64,000 nt of DNA from Convolutriloba macropyga (lineage: Eukaryota), in the NCBI RefSeq assembly GCF_964194025.1, contig NC_134469.1, positions 43,772,001 through 43,836,000 of the forward strand, in the 5' to 3' direction. Numbering within the stretch: the stretch's first letter is position 1; each line of letters starts with the position of its first letter. Below the pieces are notes generated by a model. That model saw nothing but the letters and a program-made list of their open reading frames with translations, did not search any database and was not told where the DNA came from. The position numbers and the translations under genes were made by a program. Below, in pieces: positions 14,112 to 27,595 of this stretch.

Positions 14112-15414
14112 GTTTCTGGACGTTGATCTGAGGTCTTTGGTCAGCTTGAAAATGTTCTTTCAGTGTGAGTCGCATTCAATTTTCTCAATGATTCTTTTAA
14201 TGCCACGAATCAACAACTAAACTTGATTTCCTGCTTCGCAGAATGATTTGTCATATTCAGTAAGATATGCATTTCATCGTTTTTTGTTGCAGCTTATCTC
14301 TTTTTTTTTGCCTCACTGCCAGATCGATATTTTTATAGTTTTTAACTAACTTGATTTCTTGCTTTGCAGAATGATTTGTCATCTTCAATGAGATATTCAT
14401 TTCATCGTTTTTTGTTGCAGCTTATCTCTTTTTTATTGCCTCACTGCCAGATCGATATTTTGTAGTTTTTTCAGGACAACATTTTTCCAAAACAGCCGTT
14501 ATAGCATCAGCTAGGGCTATAATTCAGGTTTAATATTTAGACCAAATTTTGATATTTCAAAGTGCAGATTGTATAGGGCATGAAGATGTGTATCTGTATT
14601 TCTAAAAACTTTGAGGTTACGGGATTTTTTTCGGATTTTGAATGGCCCCTTATGTTCTGGAAATTGTCTTATTTTAAAGCATAATGATCGGTTGCTGTTT
14701 TCTTAATACTTTTGCTCTTATCTAATTTTCACTGCAAATGTATAATCAATGGCGCCACTGGATGAAGCACAAATTCTTGTAGATTGACCATTATTACTGT
14801 GCAAACCATAGGACACAACAATCTTAAACAATTGTCTTCTGTTATTACAATATCTATCATCATAATTTATTTAGCTCAATTTGTGTAAATATAAATGAAC
14901 AGACACTGTTTAACTAATAGAGAGACTGTTCTTCTCCTATTGTGTGTAGTTTTGATTTGTAATAATTCAGCAAATACAATAAAGTTCTTGTTTCCGTTTC
15001 ATATTCTCATGTTGAAAGGTTTTTAGCGAACTTGTGACTTAAATTAGAACAGTAAAACACTGTCTATGATAGAAACAATCTATGATCAACATTTTTGTCT
15101 TACAGACTGGCAAAATTAAAACCGAAGTAGTTTAGTGTTTTCTTAAGTAGTTTAGTAAATGACTGCTTAAAAGTATTGTGCAACTGTAACCCACCCCCCC
15201 TCCCTTGGTGAAAAACTTTTTTGTATAACCTAATTTATACGTCTAGCTATTATAATACATAATGTGATGAAAATGTAAAAATAAGTTAATAAGTTACGTT
15301 AAAACAATAAATTAACAGAGTTGACCATGTACCAACTGTGTGAGAGGAAACAGTTTGGGATAAATGATGGCCACTTTGCGTGCTTAATTTGGTTGTTGGG
15401 TCTGTTGTGTTTAG

Positions 15415-15592
15415 AGACAGGAGCTGGATGTTTGTGTCTGCATTCATGGTGACCGGGCTGGTGATTGGAGTGTGTGTGGTTCTGATGTTGTGTCTCACAG
15501 TGAAGTACTCACTCCAACAGAAGAGAGCATCAGCTGCCAAGGCTCAGAAGAAGAAAATGATTGAGGAGTATGCCTTCATCAAAGAAAAGACT
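15415..15592 (+). CDS. Probable internal exon encoding a single transmembrane helix plus basic juxtamembrane segment (copy 1)
   Basis: Acceptor tgtgtttag|, donor ACT|gttagc. WMFVSAFMVTGLVIGVCVVLMLCLTV is followed by KYSLQQKRASAAKAQKKK. Differences between copies are synonymous. Confidence 0.6.
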
Positions 15593-16870
15593 GTTAGCAT
15601 TTTTGGTTGCTGACCAATTCCTAATTTTTACTTCCAGCTTCCCAAGCTGCTCGGGTCCAGCTGTCACACGTAAATATGGGGAAAATGTTGTAAAAAAATA
15701 GCATTGAGAGTTTGAGCAGTAGTTACTCTTCATCCCCTCTTTATTCCTGTTATTTTTGCGCGGCAATGCTCTACCCGGTTGAGACTCTGGCTCAAAACTA
15801 GTCATAATAAGACGCACCCAAACGTTACCCCATGTTGTAACCGAGTTACTGTTCCGAACCCACTTTAGTGCGGAGAGGAAATATATACTCAAACGTGGTT
15901 TTTTTATTCCGTCAATTTTGGCCGATCGATGCATTCATCTTAATTAAAAAGATTTTTTGAAATTCGTTTTCTCGGAGGAATTATCGAGGTTTAACTTTTA
16001 TGGATACTAGGCCGATTTCCCTTGTTTTCATTTTTCCGTAATTGTTTAACCAAAGCTTCGACAATTTGTAAACATGTCAACAACAGTGTTACTGGTTTTA
16101 AATTGAAAGATTTAGGAGGGTTGCTGAAAGGCTTCTTCTGAATTTTTTGAGAAATTTTTGCTAATTTTTTCAAATTTCAGGCATTTTTGTCAGTTTTTAT
16201 TGTGAAGTACAATTTCTTTTCTAAGAAGGTTTATTTTCAACTAATGGTTTCTTGGCTTTGATACTACAAGTTTCCAAAAAACGTTGTGGTCTCTGCACGT
16301 TTGCCCAGTTTTGAGGTTCAGTTTTGTTTGCTTGATATAATATCACGTTTTTGACAGACCCAATCGACGTTTAAAGATTGCGCACGGGAACTTATTTTTA
16401 ATTTTTGTTGATTTGTAATAATTCAGCAAATACAATAAAGTTCTTGTTTCCGTTTCATATTCTCATGTTGAAAGGTTTTTAGCGAACTTGTGACTTAAAT
16501 TAGAACAGTAAAACACTGTCTATGATAGAAACAATCTATGATCAACATTTTTGTCTTACAGACTGGCAAAATTAAAACCGAAGTAGTTTAGTGTTTTCTT
16601 AAGTAGTTTAGTAAATGACTGCTTAAAAGTATTGTGCAACTGTAACCCACCCCCCCTCCCTTGGTGAAAAACTTTTTTGTATAACCTAATTTATACGTCT
16701 AGCTATTATAATACATAATGTGATGAAAATGTAAAAATAAGTTAATAAGTTACGTTAAAACAATAAATTAACAGAGTTGACCATGTACCAACTGTGTGAG
16801 AGGAAACAGTTTGGGATAAATGATGGCCACTTTGCGTGCTTAATTTGGTTGTTGGGTCTGTTGTGTTTAG

Positions 16871-17048
16871 AGACAGGAGCTGGATGTTTGTGTCTGCATT
16901 CATGGTGACCGGGCTGGTGATTGGAGTGTGTGTGGTTCTGATGCTGTGTCTCACAGTGAAGTACTCACTCCAACAGAAGAGAGCATCAGCTGCCAAGGCT
17001 CAGAAGAAGAAAATGATTGAGGAGTATGCCTTCATCAAAGAAAAGACT
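16871..17048 (+). CDS. Transmembrane exon, copy 2
   Basis: Same protein sequence and splice sites as copy 1. Confidence 0.55.
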
Positions 17049-18330
17049 GTTAGCATTTTTGGTTGCTGACCAATTCCCAATTTTTATTTCCAGCTTCCCA
17101 AGCTGCTCGGTTCCAGCTGTCACACGTAAATATGGGGAAAATGTTGTAAAAAAATAGCATTGAGAGTTTGAACAGTAGTTACTCTTCATCCCCTCTTTAT
17201 TCCTGTTATTTTTGCGCGGCAATGCTCTACCCGGTTGAGACTCTGGCTCAAAACTATTCATAATAAGACGCACCCAAACGTTACCCCATGTTGTAACCGA
17301 GTTACTGTTCCGAACCCACTTTAGTGCGGAGAGGAAATATATACTCAAACGTGGTTTTTTTATTCCGTCAATTTTGGCCGATCGATGCATTCATCTTAAT
17401 TAAAAAGATTTTTTGAAATTCGTTTTCTCGGAGGAATTATCGAGGTTTAACTTTTATGGATACTAGGCCGATTTCCCTTGTTTTCATTTTTCCGTAATTG
17501 TTTAACCAAAGCTTCGACAATTTGTAAACATGTCAACAACAGTGTTACTGGTTTTAAATTGAAATATTTAGGAGGGTTGCTGAAAGGCTTCTTCTGAATT
17601 TTTTGAGAAATTTTTGCTAATTTTTTCAAATTTCAGGCATTTTTGTCAGTTTTTATTGTGAAGTACAATTTGTTTTCTAAGAAGGTTTATTTTCAACTAA
17701 TGGTTTCTTGGCTTTGATACTACAAGTTTCCAAAAAACGTTGTGGTCTCTGCACGTTTGCCCAGTTTTGAGGTTCAGTTTTGTTTGCTTGATATAATATC
17801 ACGTTTTTGACAGACCCAATCGACGTTTAAAGATTGCGCACGGGAACTTATTTTTAATTTTTGTTGATTTGTAATAATTCAGCAAATACAATAAAGTTCT
17901 TGTTTCCGTTTCATATTCTCATGTTGAAAGGTGTTTAGCGAAATTGTGACTTAAAATAGAACAGTAAAACACTGTCTATGATAGAAACAATCTATGATCA
18001 ACATTTTTGTCTTACAGACTGGCAAAATTAAAACCGAAGTAGTTTAGTGTTTTCTTAAGTAGTTTAGTAAATGACTGCTTAAAAGTATTGTGCAACTGTA
18101 ACCCACCCCCCCCCCCCCTCTTGGTGAAAAACTTTTTTGTATAACCTAATTTGTACGTCTAGCTATTATAATACATAATGTGATGAAAATGTAAAAATAA
18201 GTTAATAAGTTACGTTAAAACAATAAATTAACAGATTTGACCATGTACCAACTGTGTGAGAGGAAACGGTTTGGGATAAATGATGGCCACTTTGCGTGCT
18301 TAATTTGGTTGTTGGGTCTGTTGTGTTTAG

Positions 18331-18508
18331 AGACAGGAGCTGGATGTTTGTGTCTGCATTCATGGTGACTGGACTGGTGATTGGAGTGTGTGTGGTTCTG
18401 ATGCTGTGTCTCACAGTGAAGTACTCACTCCAACAGAAGAGAGCATCAGCTGCCAAGGCTCAGAAGAAGAAAATGATTGAGGAGTATGCCTTCATCAAAG
18501 AAAAGACT
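18331..18508 (+). CDS. Transmembrane exon, copy 3
   Basis: Same protein sequence and splice sites as copy 1. Confidence 0.55.
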
Positions 18509-21500
18509 GTTAGCATTTTTGGTTGCTGACCAATTCCCAATTTTTACTTCCAGCTTCCCAAGCTGCTCGGGTCCAGCTGTCACACGTAAATATGGGGAAA
18601 ATGTTGTAAAAAAATAGCATTGAGAGTTTGAGCAGTAGTTACTCTTCATCCCCTCTTTATTCCTGTTATTTTTGCGCGGCAATGCTCTACCCGGTTGAGA
18701 CTCTGGCTCAAAACTATTCATAATAAGACGCACCCAAACGTTACCCCATGTTGTAACCGAGTTACTGTTCCGAACCCACTTTAGTGCGGAGAGGAAATAT
18801 ATACTCAAACGTGGTTTTTTTATTCCGTCAATTTTGGCCGATCGATGCATTCATCTTAATTAAAAAGATTTTTTGAAATTCGTTTTCTCGGAGGAATTAT
18901 CGAGGTTTAACTTTTATGGATACTAGGCCGATTTCCCTTGCTTTCATTTTTCCGTAATTGTTTAACCAAAGCTTCGACAATTTGTAAACATGTCAACAAC
19001 AGTGTTACTGGTTTTAAATTGAAAGATTTAGGAGGGTTGCTGAAAGGCTTCTTCTGAATTTTTTGAGAAATTTTTGCTAATTTTTTCAAATTTCAGGCAT
19101 TTTTGTCAGTTTTTATTGTGAAGTACAATTTCTTTTCTAAGAAGGTTTAATTTCAACTAATGGTTTCTTGGCTTTGATACTACAAGTTTCCAAAAAACGT
19201 TGTGGTCTCTGCACGTTTGCCCAGTTTTGAGGTTCAGTTTTGTTTGCTTGATATAATATCACGTTTTTGACAGACCCAATCGACGTTTAAAGATTGCGCA
19301 CGGGAACTTAGTTTTAATTTTTGTTGATTTTTTTTTGGTTTTGTCGGCTGCGACATCGGTTTATAGTTTAGCAGAGTTTTGTTTAATTTTTTATCAGTAT
19401 TGATCGTCGTTTTTAGTTATTCAATAAACTCCTGATAATAAAAATTCTCAAAATTTTTCCCTTTATGGATGAACGAACCAGTTCATGGATTTCAGTTTAC
19501 AGCTTAATGCCTAAATGACTTTCAGATTAAATAATTTCAAAAAACGAAAGGATTTTTGAACCCACAATTTTTTGTTCTTCATTTTGTCATCATGTACTTT
19601 AGTCTCATTTTCGACAAGTCTTATCATTTTTTGCTGAAGGGTTTAACAGTTATCTAATGTTTATTTGTTGTTGTTATATGGTTTATAATAACGCTTCATT
19701 TTATTGGTTTCAATAATGCAGTTTCGCAAAATTGTTTGTAAAACTTTGAGTTCTGTCCGTAATTGTTTTCTTGAAGCAATATGAGTTAGTCTAGCTGGCT
19801 AATAACAAGCCCAATTTGTTTCCTATGAAGTTGCAAGATGATCCGTTATTATTTTTGATTGAAAATGCATGGCTGTTACGATTTGCAAAAATTTATTAAA
19901 AATCAATGAATTTTTGAACTTTGTCACTTTTTATTTTACCTCTCTCAATATGTAGCTTATATATGTAAAGTCATATTGCATCCCTTTCTAAAGAGCCGAA
20001 ATTCAATTTCTATAAGTATTTTGTTTTCAAGTAATGATTTGTTGGCTTTGATGCTATATAATTTTATTCATTTTCTGGTTATCTGCTCAATTTGGGGTTG
20101 TTTTTTTTGTTTCTTTGCCACAGTATCCTTCTAAATAGCTTTTTGAAAGAAAACGAATGCGCAATTAGGCCAATTTGATGTTTCCAATGTTTTCCTTATT
20201 GTATTAACTACTTCAACATCGTTTTCTTGTTCAATAAATTTTTAATTTGACTGACTTTCTCGGTCTTTTTGTAGTCGCATAACATTTTATGAATAATGAT
20301 TTGCCTCAATTGCTTCCTGAAAAAATAAATGAAGAGATCTTAATTACTTCCTCATTTATACCTCGAGGAAAAGTGATCCTTTTTGAATTGATACAGTTGA
20401 TACCTAATGGTTTAATCGCTTAGAAAGTACTTCTTTTCAAAAATGAAAACTTATTTTTAACTTTGCTTTTCTGCCGTTTCGTCGAATTGTTACAGAGTCT
20501 CGTTTGGGCCAGGTTCCGTGACTTTTGTTTAGGTTTTATTTGATGCCATTTTTTTGTTATTTGTTTTCTTTTAAATATAAACATCAACTTTTGGGTGTAA
20601 TTAATGTTTGTTGTTACATGAAATTCACGTTTGGCTTGTCTCGTATTCTCGTGAATGACAGGTATCATCGGTCATCTCATCATCGGTCGGCAATGGTTTA
20701 TCCATATAATGATGTGCTGAACAATATGTATATTTTTGAAAGTTTTCTATCCTTTCCTCAATGGGTAGACAATTAAGTCAAAAATTTGGATGAGCGGGGT
20801 CGGAACTTTAGGTTCAAACGCACATTACCATGCCGTCTTGTTTATCTTTTACTTTACTTGTTACTACTAAAATTACCTATCTACCGCAAGTTGCGAATTT
20901 TCTTAGCGTAAACATAATCAGACGGATCAGTCAATACCGTGCCATAATCAGACATTGACTCATTCATGAACAATACATAGTACATGATTAGCAGATACTT
21001 CTTTTAAGTCCAACCGATGGATTTTGAATCGGCCTTATAAGAGCTCACCATATACCATCCCCGGTTCATAGATAAATGATTCATCCTGGATAAGCGCCTG
21101 AAGGTGGGTCCCTTTTAAAATAGTGTCGTTTACCTTACAAGAAATGCGAGATTAGCCGCACAATAAAATTGAGCTTAAATCTTTTCATGGAACGTTTGAT
21201 CGAGTCAAACAAGTTGTTTTCATACCACTTTATCATGACTTTCTGGGATTTTCGATCTTTGATACCAATTTGAATGGTATCGTTTTGGTAAAGAAATAAT
21301 TCACTTTTTATTTCAGGGAATCCTCAGATTCGTGGAAGTTTTTAACGCTCAAGGTGTTAACCTTTAAACGATAAAGTATATTCCACCATAAAGAATAAAA
21401 TGTATATTCCACATTCCTCTAAGACATTCCACTCCGCTTTGCTTTCATTGAGTTTTTGTAACAAAACAATTTTTTTAGGTAAATATTTGGTTTATAAACA

Positions 21501-21647
21501 AAATGAGAACTCAAGTTCTTCGATGATTTTATTTTCTACTAATATGCATGTTGAATGAAAAATTGGATGTTGGGGTTTTCCAGAAAATTTTCAGCAAGTC
21601 TTTATTTACAACGATTTTCTGAACAGGGTAAAAAATGATATACCGAA

Positions 21648-23234
21648 ACCCGGGTCGAGGAATTCGTCAAAAATTATCTAAGAAATGCGCTGTTAACCGC
21701 TGAAAAAAAAAATTTTCAGCCGGTAAATCTTACACATTAATCCGCTTAATATGCTGATTTTTCAGCACTTTCTTTCAGAATTTCAGCACTTTTCAGCACA
21801 TTAAGCGGATAATTATGTAAGATCTAACTGCTGAAATATAATTTTTCAGCGGCTGTCAGGCAATTTTTTACATAACTTTCAGGACTTATGTTACACAATA
21901 TCAGCACTTATCTTATGCATTTTCAAAGGTTTCCTTGCACAAGTTGAAACTTTTTGAGTTGTTCTTCCTGCTGTACATTCAGAGGAAGCAACTGCGCAAG
22001 ACTAAAAAGCATTGCACTAGGGCAGTTCAACTTAAAAACAGTTGGATATCTGCCAAAAGAATTAAGAACTTTGTCAAACCTTAAGATGAAGCAGTTATTG
22101 CAGCTGAGGTATGAAACCAAATTACTTTATTGAATGAAACCAGGTAGCTTAAGTATAATTATCTTCCTTCCGCTACAAATGATGAAAGTGTGACGTTTTT
22201 CACTCGGTCTGTTTTTCAAAAAAATGAATTTTCATTTTTAAAAAAAACCCGCAGAGTTTTTATTGATTAGTGGCTCTTCATAAGTGCAAAAGTTGAAGGA
22301 ACCTACATGCTGACTACGTTATAAGCAATAGTGAGCAAAAGAAATTGCGTGTAAAATTATGTAAGAAAGGCGCTGAATCCGCAGAATTTCATATTTTCAC
22401 AAGTACTGAAATTATGCAAGGAAGGCGCTGAATCCGCTGATTTTAAAATTTTCACAAGTGCTGAAATTATGTAAGAAAGGCACTGAATCCGCTGAATTTA
22501 CAATTTTCACAAGTACTGAAATTATGTAAGAAAGGCGCTGAATCCGCTGATTTTAAAATTTTCACAAGTGCTGAAATTATGTAAGAAAGGCGCTGAATCC
22601 GCAGAATTTCAAATTTTCAAAAGTACTGAAATTAAGTAAGAAAGGCGCCGAATCCACTGATTTTAAAATTTTCACAAGTGCTGATATTATGTAAGAAAGG
22701 CGCTGAATCCGCTGAATTTAAAATTTTCACACGTGCTGAACTTATGTAAGAAGGGTGCTGATTCAAATGCTGATTTTATGCAAGAGATGTGCTGAAATGT
22801 GTTTAAAATTTTTTTTTCAGCGGATTCAGCACCTTTTTATCGATTTTCAGCGCAATCAGCACAAACCAAACATGATTGCAACACATTCAGCGGATTTCTT
22901 ACAAAAATCTCTGCTTACAGTTGCTGACCCCTCGAACCGGGAAAGATTAAATGGTTCGAAATTAAGGAATCGGTGTCAAAAAGCGTTTAAATCCACTCCT
23001 AAATAATTTTAAGAAATGCACTTGAAACTCAAATACATTTCTAACAAAATTTCAGTGCATTTCATTGCAAAATTATGTAAGATTTTTGCGCTGAAAAATT
23101 TGAAAAATCAGCGCGTTTCAGCTCATTCGAGCGCATTTCAGCGCATTCAACTCATTTCTTACATAATTTTAGCACATTCACCACACTTCTTACAAAATAA
23201 TGCGCTTAAACGGCGCTGACATCTCGACTCGGGT
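21648..23234. mobile_element. Non-autonomous DNA transposon-like element with 12-bp TIRs and an internal minisatellite
   Basis: acccgggtcgag at 21648 and ctcgactcgggt ending at 23234 (11/12 inverted match). Related termini at ~5652 and ~62795. No clear TSD. Confidence 0.65.
22356..22751. repeat. 55-bp minisatellite, about 7 copies
   Basis: Unit attatgtaagaaaggcgctgaatccgctgattttaaaattttcacaagtgctgaa. Confidence 0.93.
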
Positions 23235-23759
23235 AGGATTAAAAAAAATTAAGAATTACTATGATTCATCGCTACAATTGAACTCTGATCTTAGGAAGTA
23301 TCATGTTGTATATTTTTCCGTTAAAATATGGCCCTGACTCTTTTTCCTTGCAATTTCATAATTTGTTTCAATTGCTGTAGCATTCATTACAGTTTGCAAG
23401 TTTCTGTGACAGCCAAAAGAGATTTCAAAATCGGTTTCTTCTTTTGAGTGCCTTTGAGGATAAATAGTTCGGCCAACCTGCCATTTTTTTCCCAGGTTAT
23501 TTTCAATATTTCTGCAATCTGTTTGAAGATCCTGTTTTTCATTTTACTTCTGGAAAAAATTTGTCTAATATTGCGGTTGTTAATTTTTAAGTAGCACAAA
23601 AATAATTATGCATGGATTCTACTATTTATCTGAGATCATTAATTTCAGTGTCTAACTCTTTTTCAGAATTTTGTTCCGGTTAACTTGGAATATGAGGACT
23701 CTGAGCGAGAAAGATGTTTCAATGTTTTAGATCAGGTCATGTCTTCTGAACAAAGTTCG

Positions 23760-26645
23760 CTAAGGGCGGGGCATCCTAATTTGTTTTGGATTGGATGGCT
23801 TGCAGCAAAATGAACTCAATGATACTGTAATAATTGCTTCGACCACTTTAGTGGGGGGAGGAACTATACACTCAAAAGTGTTTTGTGCAGTCATTTTTGG
23901 CCGATCGACATAATCATCATAGAGAGTTGTAAGTGGTATCATTAGAAAGCACATCCGGAGTAGAACATGGAAAAAAATTTCGTTATTAACAAGGAGTTAT
24001 CGAGGTTTAAAATTTTGGGAATAGTAGATGATATTCCGTTGTTTTTAATCACATTTTCCGTATTTTTGACAAAATTTTTGTCAATTTTGCTAAAACAAAT
24101 AAAAATTATTAACGGTAGTGTTAATGAATTTATCTTAATGATGGAGAAGGGTTGCTGATTTGTGCAATCCCTGTTTTTTGGCTAGCATTTACGCTAAATT
24201 TTTCAAAACTGAGACTCTTTTCAGGAACGGTACCAAATAAGCTTTTTTAGCCGACTTTATTTAAATTTTCTGGAAGCAGATTCCTTAAACCTGCAATAAT
24301 AGTCTTTGTAAGTTCTAAAAAAGAGCTATTTGTACTCCTGCTGGCATTATTAGTCTTCTGGAAATATAATTTTGCCATTTATTTTACAAATTTGAACCCG
24401 AAAATTATTTGAAAAAAATGCATTATTTATATTTGTTATACTGAAAAATATTATTCGAAAATTGATACATTTTGCAACCATTTGAACATTTGAATGTTTC
24501 CCAAGCCCCGCAGCGATATCAGGTATTATTTTGAATCATTAAGGTTCAAAATTTATTGGGGTGCCGCATCTTATTAATATTTCCGCATTTATAGTTTCTT
24601 ATGTAAATCGGTGACAAGAATTTCAAATCAGGGTTCAATTAATGACAGATACTATTTTAAATAGAATGAGTCCCAAAGACTGAAAATAGTAGTTTCAGGA
24701 TTGTGCTAATTGGCTTTATGGCTCTGACCAATTGCTTCCGTAAAATTTTACTCTTATGTTTTGCTTTAACTTGTTTTAAACTTTGTCGCAAGTGGTATGA
24801 ATTAGTCTCCCCATCAAATTCCAATTGTATTTTTCTATGATGAGTCACTGAAACTAGGCAATAGTTTCAGTAGTTCTCCATTCTAATTATATTCTCTCAT
24901 GACTTTTGTTTGTTTTAAGAGAAGGTTTGTGAACATTTGAACTTTGCCACTATTTTATCTTCCTTTCTCAACTTCTGGCGTAATCTCAGTGAAAACAGTC
25001 AGAAATTGTTTTCCCATGAGTGATAAAAAAAATGTTTTTACTGGTTTTATATTTAACTAATTTTCCTTGGTTTTGAAACTACGAGTTTTTAAATTGTTTT
25101 TTATTATAATTTCACAATTTAGAAGTTCATTTTGTTTCCTTGTCAAATTATCACCGTATTGACAGCTCCACTTGAAGAACTGCATAGTTGTGATGATGCA
25201 CAGCGTCGAAAATGGCGTATCTGAATATTTTAACTTTTTTCGTTTAATTGTTTATGCTTTTGATATGATACACAATTCTGTTGCATTTTTTTGTGGATTT
25301 TTTTTTTTACTTTTGCCAGTGTTTATTTTTGTTGCTGTTGTAAGACATACACCAGTTAAAGATGGTTTCATTTTTTTCTCAGGAACGCATAACTGAACCA
25401 ATTAAAGTTTTCACTGTTATAGCTATTTGTTTTAATGACTTTCAATTTAGATTCTAAAACAATTTACTCAACTGTCTCCTTTTTGGTTTCATTTTTGTAA
25501 TTCTGTAACTCAATCTCACTTATAGGTCCTCTGGTATGGGAAACTCCCTGATGCTAAGATGAAAAGCAGCATATGATTTATAGTTCTTGCAAATAACCTC
25601 TTATAATTAGAGTGCCTTGAACACTGCAGTGTCATAAAATTGCTTGTAAAGTTTTGGCTGGTGTCTGTTCTTGTTGCTATTTTGTAGTCTCGCGACTTAG
25701 TCTCCTAATTAACAACTACATATAGCTTACTGAAGTTGTGCAAATTGATCCATCTTTTTTTTGCAGAAGTCTTATGTCGGTTATTACTATTAAAGCATTT
25801 GTTTTCAAAAGTATTTTTTGGTTTTTGAGCTTCGCCATATATTTGTTTCGTTTTTCGGTCAATTTTTAGCTTAGTTTTTGTATAAACAGATCACATCACA
25901 CTTCTAGTAAGCTATAATTTTTTGATTATAACGGTTTTGATTTCAACCAATTGTTTTTTGGCTCTGTAGCTACTGTTACTACGAGATTTCACAAAATGTT
26001 TGAGATTTTCATATATTTGTTTATTTTAAAAGAATTTTGTTTTTTCTTAAAATATAACATTGACGAATAAGATCCCATTGGCCTTGAAATATTGTGCAAT
26101 TGAATATTTTCATTAATTTTATTGAGAACTTTCTGGTTTTAACGTCTTCAATGCCATTTTCGGGCAATGATTAATCGAATTTTTTTAAACTTTGCCGGTA
26201 TTTTTCCTTTTTTTTGTAGTCGAATGGCGTATTTTTGAAATTCGGACGTTTTTGCTCTTTCTTTCTACCGGTAACCCAGTACCCAGTCATATTGAGGACA
26301 GGTCCCATATTTCTTTTAAATAAGTGTAGGTTAACTTGTTTTGCTTAGGTTTTATCTGATGCATGTCTGATTTTGCTATAAATTTCTCGTGTTTTGACAT
26401 CGTGATTGACATCGAGTTTTGATCGTAATTAAGGTTTGTTTTTTGATTTTTCATTGTTTTTCATAATAGTCCTATTAGCAACAACTATCATCGGACCTCT
26501 TATGTTATTTTACTTCATTAGTAAAATTGGTTGAACGATGTGTATGTTTTTCAAAGTTTTCTAACTCTTCACCATTTGGTAGCTAATTAAGACAACAATG
26601 TGGTTAATCGGGGTCTGAACCCTATATGCGTACTCACATTATCGA
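23760..26645 (-). mobile_element. Highly decayed repeat, probably LINE-derived; related to ~18700-20830
   Basis: Collinear shared blocks (ttttggccgatcga; ttatcgaggtttaa; aaagttttcta...aattaag...cggggtc.gaac) between 18830-20830 and 23895-26640. Minus-strand IPKILNLDNSLLIT resembles the LINE pre-RT region. Confidence 0.4.
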
Positions 26646-27284
26646 GCCTCTTTTTTGATGTCTTACAATCAAAACTCAAAATATTCCTTTTATTTTTTTA
26701 GTAGTGTAAAAAAATGACGCTGAGTTTAAATAGTTAAACGACTTCTCTAGAACAAATTGCAGCAATTATTTGGTAACGCACGGGTCTTTTCATCCATTTT
26801 ATATTCAAAAGCTTTTAAATTTTCAAGTGAGTGTTACGCCTTCGACTTTTTGCCTTTTGGTAGATCAAAATTTCCCTCTCATTTACAACTTTAATCAGCT
26901 GGAATCAATCGATTGCAGTTTACTATATAAGTGAAAAAAAGCACAGTTGGTGTCAGTTTTTCAGGTTGAACCTTAATAATGGTAAAAAATTACTTTTGCT
27001 CGACTTTAAGGAGAGAAACAGACAATGTAGATTTAGTCATCATTGATCTGGTTTGGGATATATAACGGAATGATCTATTTGGGCCTTTTTCAGACAATCG
27101 GAGGAAGCATTCCTGTCAACTCGTAGCTGAAAATGGCGTTTCCGACTATAGAGAAACGGACGAGACAAAAAACCCAGAGTGAACTTGTATCAAAAACTCT
27201 ATGTGTTAGTGTGCAAAAAATCAATCCCAATTATATTAAACTACCGTTAAAGCATGTTTTTGATGAGATGAGTTAAATTAGCGT

Positions 27285-27336
27285 TCGTAGACATTATCAA
27301 ATTTCACATGCATAGGAAATTTGATAATGTCTACGA
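27285..27336. repeat. Perfect 21-bp inverted repeat with 10-nt spacer
   Basis: tcgtagacattatcaaatttc ... gaaatttgataatgtctacga. Confidence 0.9.
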
Positions 27337-27352
27337 TCTTTAATTGAATTCT

Positions 27353-27595
27353 TTGTGGATTAAGAAGACTAATGGCAAGTTTGCTGATCGAACTATTATA
27401 AAAGACCCCCCCCCCCCCCCACCACCCTACAAAAAATCCAGTTTTTATGTTTTATTCAAACTCTACAGCAATGAATTGACATGTCAATCCGTTGCCTTAG
27501 AATTTGAATAAAACACAAAACTTGATTGGGGGGCTTGGCTTTTTTATATTAGTTTTATCAGCCACAGTGCTAATTGTCTTCTTCTTAATCCACAA
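27353..27595. mobile_element. Fold-back (palindromic) MITE-like element
   Basis: Ends ttgtggattaagaag / cttcttaatccacaa; imperfect symmetry throughout, centred on attgacatgtcaat. Confidence 0.7.

Larger units (their letters stand above)
14952..19330. repeat. Near-identical tandem triplication, ~1456-1460 bp unit
   Basis: Units begin ttgatttgtaataattcagc at 14952, 16408 and 17864. The ORF track repeats at offsets of 1456 and 1460. Confidence 0.97.

Noticed and set aside
14231-14241. CTGCTTCGCAG mini-hairpin outside the Polinton
   Set aside because: A single copy in decayed host repeat DNA without the element's flanking context. Treated as background, and worth counting in any enrichment test.
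15530-15934. 134-aa minus-strand ORF repeated three times
   Set aside because: Recurs only because of the triplication, has nonsynonymous differences between copies, and overlaps decayed repeat sequence.
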